Origin: an uncultured Chloroflexia bacterium
Lineage (GTDB): Bacteria; Chloroflexota; Limnocylindria; QHBO01
DNA length: 64,000 nucleotides
Assembly (NCBI GenBank): GCA_963750025.1
Contig: CAVVPF010000022.1
Coordinates: 7,884-71,883 of the forward strand
Direction: 5' to 3'
How positions within the stretch are numbered: position 1 is the stretch's first letter; the number at the start of each line of letters is the position of its first letter. The position numbers and the translations under genes were made by a program. Positions 9,363 through 17,815 of the stretch are shown in pieces. Below the pieces are notes generated by a model, which worked only from the letters and a program-made list of their open reading frames with translations, was not told the DNA's origin and searched no databases.

Positions 9363-9848
9363 ATGAGTGAGGCTGATCACCAGCGCTTCATGCGGATGGC
9401 CATCGCCATGGCCCGCAAGAGCGCCATCGAGGATCGGACCGGCAGTCCGTTCGGCTGCGTGATCGTCCGCGACGGAAAGGTGGTGGGGTCCGGCGTGAAC
9501 CAGGTGCTCGCCCGCCACGATCCGACCTGCCACGGCGAGATCGTGGCCATTCGCGACGCGTGCCAGCGGTTGGCCACCCACGACCTGAGCGGCTGCACCG
9601 TCTACACCAGCTGTGAGCCGTGCCCCATGTGCTACGCCGCCGCCTGGTGGGCCCGCGTCGAGGCGGTCTACTACGCCGCCGCCATCCAGGATGCCCTGGA
9701 CTACGGCGACTTCGACGACAAGCCGATCTACGACGCGATCGCCCTGGACGGCCCGGATCGCGCGGTGCCTGCCATCGAGATCCTCCGCGACGAGATGGTC
9801 GCGGTTTGGAAGGAGTTCCACGCCATCCCGGACCGGGTTCATTACTGA
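9363..9848 (+). CDS. Guanine/nucleoside deaminase (CDA fold, GuaD-like)
   Basis: Zn motifs 'CHGE' and 'CEPCPMC', plus the tail 'FDDKPIYDAI', similar to the B. subtilis GuaD-type guanine deaminase. Confidence 0.85.
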   Translation: MSEADHQRFMRMAIAMARKSAIEDRTGSPFGCVIVRDGKVVGSGVNQVLARHDPTCHGEIVAIRDACQRLATHDLSGCTVYTSCEPCPMCYAAAWWARVEAVYYAAAIQDALDYGDFDDKPIYDAIALDGPDRAVPAIEILRDEMVAVWKEFHAIPDRVHY

Positions 9849-9903
9849 CCGATCTGCCCGCGTACCATCCTCGGTCACCCGGATGACTGCGAAAGGACGA
9901 CCC

Positions 9904-10005
9904 ATGACGATCACGACCAGCCGATTCGCGGGCTTTCAGCCGGAGGCCATCCAGTTCCTGCTCGAGCTGGCGGTGAATAACGATCGGTCCTGGTTTCAAC
10001 CGCAA
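9904..10005 (+). pseudogene. 5' fragment of a DUF2461 (TIGR02453-like) gene
   Basis: 'FAGFQPEAIQFLLELAVNNDRSWFQPQ' matches the family N-terminus. Similarity stops after about 34 codons, just before repeat copy B. Confidence 0.5.
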
Positions 10006-10084
10006 CCGGCGGCCCGCGTCCGCTCCAGCAGCAGGTTCCGTTCAGGGACGTTGCGCGTCATCGCGGCGGCCCGGTAGGTGGTTA

Positions 10085-10521
10085 GCGCGTCCCCGACACC
10101 TGCCGGGGACGCCATCGGTGCGAGGCGTATCGCCCGCGCGGTGGTCGAAGGCTCGAAACCTGGAAGGGTGCACGTACACCCTCCGGTTGGAGGAGCCACG
10201 ACCTGCACGGGTGGGGTGGCTGAGCCCTTATGTGAGCCCTTATCGGCCGTGTTCCATAGGTCCCATGTCGCCCATGTTGCCATTCGCGTCGCAGGGTGGG
10301 ACGTATGGCACGGAATACCGCGCATCCGGTATGCGGTACCAGCACTCCTCGATCAGGCCGATTCGTGCTCAAAACGAGGCGAAATGGCCTCGTGCGGCGG
10401 TCATCTGAGCCCTTATCTGAACCCTTACTCGTCGGGCGCCGGTTGGTAAGGCCTCTCCAGTGCGTGATTCGGGGCTCAAGATGTGGTGCAGGGTGAGCCG
10501 GGGGCACTAGATATCGTGGTC
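10085..10521 (+). repeat. Modular intergenic repeat, copy B (most complete)
   Basis: tRNA-Arg-like minihelix at 10085-10115, hairpin at 10162-10184, tandem 12-mers at 10222-10243, core at 10325-10341, second pair at 10407-10428, and ACTAGATATCGTGGTC at 10506-10521. Confidence 0.75.
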
Positions 10522-10720
10522 GGTGCCGTCGGCACGCGTCGAGCGCTTCACCCGATCGCACATAGCTTGCGGACAGATAAGTTCCGTCATACCACGCAGC
10601 GGCAACACACGTACGCGCGCGTCCTTTCGCCATTTTAGATGGTGATCGGGTCGCCCCTGGTCGCGATAGACCGCCCTCGTTGGGCGGCCCACCGCGACGA
10701 GCCGTGCCTTCCGTTGGCGG

Positions 10721-11113
10721 TTACGGAAGAGCGGTCAGCTTGACGTAGGTGCTGAGCCCGCCCGCAGTGGAGCCAAGCGTCCAGCCCGTCGGGGCCGGCC
10801 GCGAGGCGTCCTGGGTCCGCAGCTGGATCACGACGCTGCTCGTCATGCACACCCCGGCGCGCACGACTTGGTTTGCGTTAAGGCCGTCCGGTCCAAGCAA
10901 CGCCTTGTCGGTGGCGTTCGGGCACGCGGCAGGATCCAACAGGTACTGCTCGGTGGTGACGCCGAGGATGGCCGGGAAGAACCCGATCGGCGCGTGACCC
11001 GGCTCGGCCTTTCCGTCGTGGATGTGCCAGTTGTTCGCGTTGTCGCTTGCCGCCACCGGAGTGGAGACAAAGACGGCGGTCAACACCGTCGCAAGAATGA
11101 CAAACCGACGCAT
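10721..11113 (-). CDS. Secreted hypothetical protein (Cys-pair domain 'DPAAC...GVCMT')
   Basis: Signal peptide 'MRRFVILATVLTAVFVSTPVAA'. It shares a C-x(24-25)-CMT segment with the 31669-31911 product. Confidence 0.65.
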   Translation of the reverse strand: MRRFVILATVLTAVFVSTPVAASDNANNWHIHDGKAEPGHAPIGFFPAILGVTTEQYLLDPAACPNATDKALLGPDGLNANQVVRAGVCMTSSVVIQLRTQDASRPAPTGWTLGSTAGGLSTYVKLTALP

Positions 11114-11207
11114 TTCTTACCTCTTTCACTTTCATTGACGGGACGCGCGCCGCCGCACCCTTCTGAACGGTCCCGGCGAGGCTGGCGTCCCTGTTTCCCG
11201 TCGGCGA

Positions 11208-11624
11208 CTACGAGCTGGCCGGCATGATCTGGATCGTCCCGATGAAGCGCCCGGTGTCGGGGTCGACAAGCTGGCTCTCTTCCTGGACCCGCGCGCCGGC
11301 CAGCCAGCCGCTCGTCACGCTGCCGTTCAGCACGACGCGTCCGGTGCTGAAGTTGATCTGGCCGCTGACGAGCGCAGTGAACGATCGACTCGCCGAGTTA
11401 ACCTCGACGGTGGCGCTGAAGTGCTGCGTGTTGCCGATGACGCTCTTGTCGAAGAGCGTCATCTCGATCGTGCCGCCGCCCTCCACCGTCCCGAGGTAGT
11501 AATCAGGTGCGGCCCACTGCTTCTCGAACTCGAGGACGACCGGCCGCTGTGCCGCCGCCACCGGTGTCCCAACCAGGAGGATCGTCATCAGTGACACGAC
11601 GATGCTCATTACCCTGTTCATCAC
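11208..11624 (-). CDS. Secreted hypothetical protein
   Basis: Signal peptide 'MMNRVMSIVVSLMTILLVGTPVAAA'. The start overlaps the upstream gene's stop by 4 nt. Confidence 0.65.
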   Translation of the reverse strand: MMNRVMSIVVSLMTILLVGTPVAAAQRPVVLEFEKQWAAPDYYLGTVEGGGTIEMTLFDKSVIGNTQHFSATVEVNSASRSFTALVSGQINFSTGRVVLNGSVTSGWLAGARVQEESQLVDPDTGRFIGTIQIMPASS

Positions 11625-11887
11625 CTATCTCCTTGCGATAGCGTCATCTCCATCACGGGTTGGAGCGTCCGAGCACGCCGGCTTCTGCCGGAGACGGCAG
11701 CGATGACCGCTTCGGCGGATCCGATCGGGTCGAACGCCCAGCCCTCCACGACCACCCCCAGCGATCGCTGGTCGCGGACGAGGGCTACGCTGGTCACACC
11801 CAGACGGGCGAGCGCCGAAAGCGCGTCCGAGCGAAGGCAGGCCTTCGTTCCGACCGGCATCAGCACCAGCAAGATCGCCATCGTCAC
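11621..11887 (-). CDS. Hypothetical small protein
   Basis: 88-aa ORF between the LAL regulator and the secreted-protein genes, on the same strand. Confidence 0.45.
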   Translation of the reverse strand: MTMAILLVLMPVGTKACLRSDALSALARLGVTSVALVRDQRSLGVVVEGWAFDPIGSAEAVIAAVSGRSRRARTLQPVMEMTLSQGDR

Positions 11888-11951
11888 ACCTCAACCGCAG
11901 GGGGTTCGCGGTGACGCTATGTGTGACGAGCTCTCCGGATCATCGGGGAAT

Positions 11952-14816
11952 TCATGTACGTTTCGTCCCGACCTCTGCCAGGCGCGCCGCGAGCTCGGTG
12001 CGATTCCGAACCTCGAGCTTGCGGAAGAGGTTGACGAGATGGCGCTCGACGGTTTTCGGGGAGACGAACAGAGTCGAGGCGACCTCGCGGTTCGTTGCGC
12101 CTGCGGCGACGAGGCGCGCCACTTCTTCCTCCCTCGCGGTGAGCGGCGCGCCGGCTGCGCCGCGACGCCAGGTGCGCACGCCCAGCAGGCGCAGGGACTG
12201 CTCGGCAAGGTCGCGGACCGTCTCCGCCCCGCGCTCGCGTGCCGCGACCGCGGCATGCTGGAGCACGACGACGGCTCGTTCGTCGCCGATGGCGACCAGG
12301 GCGCGCCCGAGGTCGAGCCGGATCCAGAGCGCCGCGAGCCGGTAGGGAGACGACTTGCCCGCGGCGACCGCCGCCTCGAGCGCGACGACACGCTCCTCGG
12401 GCTTGGCCGCCGCGAGCGCACCGGCGTGACCGTGCGCGAGCCGATCGAGGTCATCGAGCGGGAATTCGAGCCGATCCCTCCGTTCCACGGCCATGCGCGC
12501 GGCATTGTGCTCGCCGATGCGGCTCAACGCCTCAGCCGCCAGCAGCAGGAGCTCGCCGGTGCAACGGGGGCAACCGACGGAGGCCGCACATTCGTCGGCT
12601 GCCTCGAGCTGCGAGTGGACCGTCTCTGCCGCCTCCGTGCCGTGGAGTCGGGCCGCCCACACGGCGCGATCACCGTGCAACACGATCCGCTGGTGCTCAT
12701 TGGCCTCGTGCGCGATCTCTTGCTCCAGGAGCGTCAGCGCTTGTGCAACGTGGCCACGTTCAAGCCACACACTGGCAGCGACGCGCGCCACCCGGTGCCG
12801 AGCGCGCGGGACGTCGCCGACGCGCCGGGCGAGCTCGCTCGTCTCGCGGACGATCGCCTCAGCCTCTTCGAGCTCGCCGATCAGCGCGAGCGTCCGTCCC
12901 AGCCAGAAGCCCGCATCGACCGCAAGCCGTGGCAGCACCGCCCGTTGCGTATCGGCCCAGACACGCCGGAAGCGCGCCAAGGCCTGCCGCACTCGACCGT
13001 TCTGGCGCAGCGCCACGCCGAGGGCGAGCGCGGCTTCGAGGACCTCCTCGAGGCCGACGCCGCGGGCCGCTGTCTCGCGCTGCTCCGCCGTGCGCAGCAG
13101 CGCCTGAGGATCGCCCTGCTGCATCGCGGCTTCGTACTCGAGGCGCAGCGCATCCAGCAGGGCGCGCTGAAGCTTCGAATCGTGACGTCTTGGGCGAGCT
13201 CGCTTGCTCGCGAGCCGCCTTGCGACCGATGCCGCCTCGCGGGCAAGTGCGCGGCCCTCCGGCCCGCGCTGCTCGAGCCACAGGCAGATCGCGGCCTCAT
13301 GCGTCGTTTGCTCCAGGCTCAGCACCGCGTCATCGCGCAGAAGGTCCCGGCTTCGTGAGAGGAGCTCGCGTGCTTCGTCGGCCCTCCCGAGCGCATACGC
13401 CGCGCGGGATGCCTCCAGTGCGGCCGACGCCCGCGTTGCACGAGCTTCGGCTCGCTCTGCCACCAGCGACCACCGCGCCAATGCCTGCTTATGCTCCCCG
13501 AGCTCGTAGGAGAGCGCTGCCACGTTGGCCTGGAGAGCAACAGTTTCGGGCGCCAGCGGGTCAGCCTCGTCCGCCAGCACACCCAGCTCCTCGGCGCCGT
13601 CGGTCCCCAGGAGCCGGCGCTGGGGCGAGGTTGCGAGCCTCCCGGCGAGAGCCAGGACGGAGAGGCCGGCCGCCCGACGATGCTCCAGCGCAAGTCGCAG
13701 GAGTTGGAGATCGCCGCCTGCGTCACGCTCGAATCCTGCCGCGAGTCGACGATGGATGCGAAGGCGAACTTCCTCGGGAAGCTGTGCGGCGGCGGTGGCC
13801 CGGATCAGGTCGTGGGCTGGCTGCGCGGCGCCCCCGTGTATCTTGGCCAGTCCTCGCTCGACGAGCACGTCCAGGGCGGCCTCGACGCGTTCGGGTTGAC
13901 GGTCGAGCAGCTCGGCGGCCGCGGCGACCGAGATCGGACGTCCTGCCAGGGCGAGCGTTCCAAGCAGCGTGGCGGCGACTGGACCTGCCCCGCGCAGACG
14001 CCGCGTGAGAATCTGTTCCAGGCCGCGCCCGGCTTTGCCGTAGAGCACGAGCGCTTCGAGCCAGAAGGGGATGCCATCGGCCCGTCGCCACAGCGTGCCT
14101 GCGGCTTCTGCATCGAGCCCGGGATCGAGGGCCTGGGCCAGGGCCGTCCCGTCCTCCTGGTCCAGGGCCCCGAGATCGATGCGGTGCAGGCAAGCCTCCG
14201 GCATGCCATCGAATAGTTCCTCCCCGGGTCCGCCGGGCCGTGTCGCGGCCAGAATGGCGAGTCGCTGGTGCGACTCGGAGGCAGCACGCACCAGGTAGTG
14301 GCACAACGACAGCGAGAGATCGTCGACCCACTGCAGGTCATCGATGACGAGCAGTGCCGGCTCCACGGTGCGAAGCGCACGACGAGCAGCCTCGAAGATC
14401 CGAAGCGGCTCGAACGTGCCGGCGTCGGGTCGTGCCTCCGCGGCCGGCCCTTCAGCGACCGAGCCGAAGACCAGCGCATCCAGAGTCTCTCCGTGGCGCG
14501 GGATGGCAACCAACGCGCGGAGGAGCCCTGCCGCGGCGGCCAGCGGTACGCGGTGCTCGGACTCGAAGCCGACGACTGCGAACGATTGGATGCGCGGCGC
14601 CAGCCTGCGCGCCTCGGCGAGGAGCCGGCTCTTGCCGCAGCCGGGGACACCGGTAACCAGCGCGGTGGCCGGCCCAGCCGAAGTCGCGACGACCTCCGCC
14701 AGGGCTCGGAGCTCCATGGTTCTGCCGACGAAGGTGCTCACATCGAAGAGCCTACGCTCGCCAGCCGCACCCGGAAAGAGGCGGTCCGGACCGATCTGTG
14801 GTGGGGGAGCAGGCAA
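11952..14816 (-). CDS. Large ATP-binding LuxR-family (LAL) transcriptional regulator
   Basis: Walker A 'GVPGCGKS', a long helical repeat region, and a C-terminal LuxR HTH 'LTAREEEVARLVAAGATNREVASTLFVSPKTVERHLVNLFRKLEV'. Confidence 0.9.
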   Translation of the reverse strand: MPAPPPQIGPDRLFPGAAGERRLFDVSTFVGRTMELRALAEVVATSAGPATALVTGVPGCGKSRLLAEARRLAPRIQSFAVVGFESEHRVPLAAAAGLLRALVAIPRHGETLDALVFGSVAEGPAAEARPDAGTFEPLRIFEAARRALRTVEPALLVIDDLQWVDDLSLSLCHYLVRAASESHQRLAILAATRPGGPGEELFDGMPEACLHRIDLGALDQEDGTALAQALDPGLDAEAAGTLWRRADGIPFWLEALVLYGKAGRGLEQILTRRLRGAGPVAATLLGTLALAGRPISVAAAAELLDRQPERVEAALDVLVERGLAKIHGGAAQPAHDLIRATAAAQLPEEVRLRIHRRLAAGFERDAGGDLQLLRLALEHRRAAGLSVLALAGRLATSPQRRLLGTDGAEELGVLADEADPLAPETVALQANVAALSYELGEHKQALARWSLVAERAEARATRASAALEASRAAYALGRADEARELLSRSRDLLRDDAVLSLEQTTHEAAICLWLEQRGPEGRALAREAASVARRLASKRARPRRHDSKLQRALLDALRLEYEAAMQQGDPQALLRTAEQRETAARGVGLEEVLEAALALGVALRQNGRVRQALARFRRVWADTQRAVLPRLAVDAGFWLGRTLALIGELEEAEAIVRETSELARRVGDVPRARHRVARVAASVWLERGHVAQALTLLEQEIAHEANEHQRIVLHGDRAVWAARLHGTEAAETVHSQLEAADECAASVGCPRCTGELLLLAAEALSRIGEHNAARMAVERRDRLEFPLDDLDRLAHGHAGALAAAKPEERVVALEAAVAAGKSSPYRLAALWIRLDLGRALVAIGDERAVVVLQHAAVAARERGAETVRDLAEQSLRLLGVRTWRRGAAGAPLTAREEEVARLVAAGATNREVASTLFVSPKTVERHLVNLFRKLEVRNRTELAARLAEVGTKRT

Positions 14817-15068
14817 GAGGACAGCGCACGGACGGCGAGGCTCGCGATCAGGTGGTCGTCATGACCTTGCAGTGCCGGGCAACCCGTGACCGTATAACTG
14901 CGCACTTTCGCTCGGCCTCCCGCGCTCGTAGCACAGCGCTCAGGCGGAAATGCTTGGCATGCAAGAGGCCGCTGGTTCGAGTCCGCCGGTGACAGAACTC
15001 CGGGCGCGTTCGTGGCAACCGGACACTGACAGCGACCCGAGTCGCCCGACGATCGATGCGTTGTTAGT

Positions 15069-15279
15069 GCGGATCCTTCACCTGCCTTGGACGCCATCCG
15101 GGTCTGCGCGCGTTGCCTGCGGGTTGGTCGAGAGAAGCCACGACCTGCGCGGGGTCTCTGAGCCCTTATCCGAGCCCTTATGGATCGTGTTCCATGCGTC
15201 CCAGGTGACTCATGCCGCCCACCATGACGCTCGGTGGGACGCATGGCACGGAATACAGCGCATCGGGTATGCGGTACCA
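15069..15279 (+). repeat. Modular intergenic repeat, copy C
   Basis: Degenerate minihelix (CCTGCCTTGGACGCCAT at 15081-15097), tandem GAGCCCTTAT 12-mers at 15160-15181, and core TCGGGTATGCGGTACCA at 15263-15279. By eye it closely resembles copy B across about 170 nt. Confidence 0.7.
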
Positions 15280-15362
15280 AATCTGCCGTCTTGTGCTCGG
15301 GCAACGGCCCTAGCGCGCCAGCAGCTCGCCCAGAATCGCCCCGATCAAGTCCACCGCCAGCG

Positions 15363-16451
15363 TCAGGCCCTTGTCGGCCAGGTCAGGGCGTCGCGGCGGC
15401 AGCGGGTCACGCACAAGCCGCAGCGCGTACAGCGCTCACCGTCCAGCGCCGTGCGGCCGTCCACGACGTGGATGGCACCGTACACGCAGGAGGTCTCGCA
15501 CACGCCGCAATCGTTGCAGGCCTCCAGGTCCAGCAGCGGGACCTCCGGCCTTCCAGCCGGCCAGCCCTGGGTCAGGGCTGCTCCCACCACCTCGCGGACC
15601 GATGCGTGGCCGTGCGCATCGAGCCAGGCATCTAGCTCTCTGGCGATCTTGCCGAAGACCGATGGCCCGCGCAGGATCGCCGCGGTGCAGACCTGCACGG
15701 CAGAGGCGCCCGCCATCAGGAACTCGACCACATCGGTCCCGCGCGTGATGCCACCTACGCCGATCACCGGGAGGTCGACCGCACGGGCGATGTCGCGCAC
15801 GCAGCGCACCGCCAGGGGCTTGAGCGCCGGGCCCGACAGCCAGCCATACCCGTTCTGGCCGCCCAGTCGCGGCATCCTGGTCTCGATGTCGAGCGCCAGT
15901 ACCGGGCCAAAGGAGTTGATGGCGGCGATGCCGTCCGCCCCGGCGTCCTGGGCGAGCCGCGCCGCGCCGGCCATGTCGTGGCCATGCGGGCTGACCTTGA
16001 CGAAGACCGGCACGTCGAGCGCCCGCTTGGCGGCGCGGACCGCGCCGACCATCGGTCCCGGATCCGCGCCGATGTAGTGCGTCGACAATTCGACCGCGTC
16101 GGCGAATGGCCTGACTTTGGGCGCCAGCTCCCCGATCTCCTCCGCGGTGTAGCCCAGGCTCACGATCAGCGGCAGCCCGGCCGTGCGGGCCAGGGCGTAC
16201 TCGTGCTCGAGCCACTGCTCGGGCGGCAGCTCGGACCACAGCTCGGTGTTGACCATGCCGTGCGGGATCTCGGCCATGTTCGGCTCCGGCGGCTGAGCGG
16301 CGCGCACGGAGATGGTCTTGGCCACCAGCGCTCCCGCCCCGCCCTTGGCACAGGCCAGCATGGCCGCCCCGTCGCGCACCGGCGGGCCAGCCGCGGTCAG
16401 GATCGGGTTGCGGAACCGAAGGCCGCACACCTCCACGCTCAGGTCGGCCAT
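15363..16451 (-). CDS. PreA-like dihydropyrimidine/dihydroorotate dehydrogenase-family flavoenzyme with a C-terminal 2x[4Fe-4S] ferredoxin domain
   Basis: The class-1 DHODH/DPD fold begins 'MADLSVEVCGLRFRNPILTAAGP'. The C-terminus carries 'CNDCGVCETSC' and 'CTRCGLCVTRC'. Its start overlaps the ssnA stop (TGATG). Confidence 0.85.
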   Translation of the reverse strand: MADLSVEVCGLRFRNPILTAAGPPVRDGAAMLACAKGGAGALVAKTISVRAAQPPEPNMAEIPHGMVNTELWSELPPEQWLEHEYALARTAGLPLIVSLGYTAEEIGELAPKVRPFADAVELSTHYIGADPGPMVGAVRAAKRALDVPVFVKVSPHGHDMAGAARLAQDAGADGIAAINSFGPVLALDIETRMPRLGGQNGYGWLSGPALKPLAVRCVRDIARAVDLPVIGVGGITRGTDVVEFLMAGASAVQVCTAAILRGPSVFGKIARELDAWLDAHGHASVREVVGAALTQGWPAGRPEVPLLDLEACNDCGVCETSCVYGAIHVVDGRTALDGERCTRCGLCVTRCRRDALTWPTRA

Positions 16452-17815
16452 CACTCTCCTCCTGTGGTCGCCAGCAGCCGGGTGGGGCTGAACGGGTGCG
16501 GACCGATCCGTTCCAGCCTCCCCCACAGGCGGCGGGCCTCCTCGCGCGCCTCGAGCAACAGCTCCGCATCGTCGAGGCGCGTCAGCCTCCGGTCGCGTAC
16601 CACGACCTCGCCGCCGACGAGCACGTCACGCACCGATGCCGCCGACAGGCCGAAGATCCAGTGCGAGGCCAGCGAGGAGTCCGTCATCTGTGTCGGAGCC
16701 GCGTAGTCGAGGACCACCAGGTCCGCCGGCGCGCCCACCTCGATCCGCCCCAGGCCCGGCTCGCCGAACAGGCGCCCGGCGAGGGCGCTGCCCTCGGCCA
16801 GCGGGGCCAGCGGCCAGCCGTCGGGCGTGTCGAGCCCATCCTCTCGCAGGCGGAGGTACGCCACGCGGGACTCCTCGAACATGTCGGCGCCGATCCCATC
16901 GGTCCCGAGCGCCAGACGTGGCCCCAGCCACGCTAGCGGCGCGCGCCCCACCGCGTTGTTCATGTTCGAGCGCGGGTTGTGGGCGACCGTGACGCCCGAT
17001 GCCCGGAGAACCTCAGCCTCGGCCGGGGTCAGGTGAACCGCGTGCGCCACCAGTGAGGCATCGGTCAGTGCGCCGGCGTTGGCCAGCCGATGCGTGGCCC
17101 GATGGCCGAAGCGTGCCTCGGCATCGGCTTGATCGGCCTGGTCCTCCGCCAGGTGGACGTGGATGCCGGCCCGTGACTCGTGTGCGAGCGCGACGCAGGC
17201 GGCCAGCGTCTCGTCCGACAGGGTGAACGACGCGTGCGCACCAACCATGCCGCGGGCCAGCGGCCAGCGGCCCTCGGCGACGCGCCGCAGGAAGCCGCGG
17301 TTCTCCTCGACGCCCGCGCCGGCGCGCTCCAGGCCATCGCGGTCTGTCACCTCGTAGCACAGGACGGACCGGATGCCGACCTCCTCGAAGGCCTCGGCCA
17401 GCACGTCCAGCGAGCCGGCGATCGCGTTCGGCGAGGCGTGGTGGTCGACCAGCGTCGTGGTGCCGGCCAACAGCGCCTCGCGCGCAGCGACCAGGCCCGA
17501 GGCGCGGATTGAGGCGAGGTCGAGGGCGCGATCGAGGCGCCACCACACTCGCTGCAGGATCTCGAGGAACGAGGTCGGCGGCGGCAGGTTGTAGGGCATA
17601 CCGCGTGCCAGGGCAGAGTAGGCGTGTGTGTGAGCGCACACGTTGCCGGGCACGACCAGGCACCCGTTGCACTCAATGCGCTGTGCGCTGCCCGCCTGGT
17701 CGAGCCCCGAGCCGACGGCCACCACGTGGCCGCCTGACACGTGGACGTCGCCACGGACCACCGTGGGTGGGTGCAGCGAGCGGACGACGGTCGCCCCCGC
17801 GAGCAGCAGGTTCAT
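16451..17815 (-). CDS. ssnA: SsnA-family amidohydrolase
   Basis: Colinear similarity to E. coli SsnA, for example 'CAHTHAYSALARG', 'LWWRLDRALD', 'VDHHASP', 'HNPRSNMNNAVG' and 'LGTDGIGADMFEE'. Confidence 0.9.
   Translation of the reverse strand: MNLLLAGATVVRSLHPPTVVRGDVHVSGGHVVAVGSGLDQAGSAQRIECNGCLVVPGNVCAHTHAYSALARGMPYNLPPPTSFLEILQRVWWRLDRALDLASIRASGLVAAREALLAGTTTLVDHHASPNAIAGSLDVLAEAFEEVGIRSVLCYEVTDRDGLERAGAGVEENRGFLRRVAEGRWPLARGMVGAHASFTLSDETLAACVALAHESRAGIHVHLAEDQADQADAEARFGHRATHRLANAGALTDASLVAHAVHLTPAEAEVLRASGVTVAHNPRSNMNNAVGRAPLAWLGPRLALGTDGIGADMFEESRVAYLRLREDGLDTPDGWPLAPLAEGSALAGRLFGEPGLGRIEVGAPADLVVLDYAAPTQMTDSSLASHWIFGLSAASVRDVLVGGEVVVRDRRLTRLDDAELLLEAREEARRLWGRLERIGPHPFSPTRLLATTGGE

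Noticed and set aside
8316-10428. The tandem GAGCCCTTAT units considered as a CRISPR array, plasmid iterons, or a DGR template/variable repeat pair.
   Set aside because: There are only two units per site with a 2-nt spacer, so there are no unique spacers. There are no cas, rep or reverse-transcriptase genes. Differences between copies are not adenine-specific.
14930-14995. A tRNA-like T-arm (GGTTCGAGTCC at about 14972-14982) preceded by a CTTG-GCATG-CAAG hairpin containing CAT. This could be a tRNA-Met gene or fragment.
   Set aside because: No acceptor 5' strand is complementary to GGTGACA. The T-stem has a mismatch. The putative anticodon arm is 4 bp with a 5-nt loop and is out of register. 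At most it is a decayed 3' fragment, and it could be chance.
8390-15635. Small ORFs inside the repeat copies that look conserved: '..PVCGT..' on the plus strand and '..LVPHTG..IRARIRA..' on the minus strand.
   Set aside because: The similarity only mirrors the conserved nucleotide blocks. The frames, lengths and termini differ between copies, and the peptides are Arg-rich low-complexity sequence.
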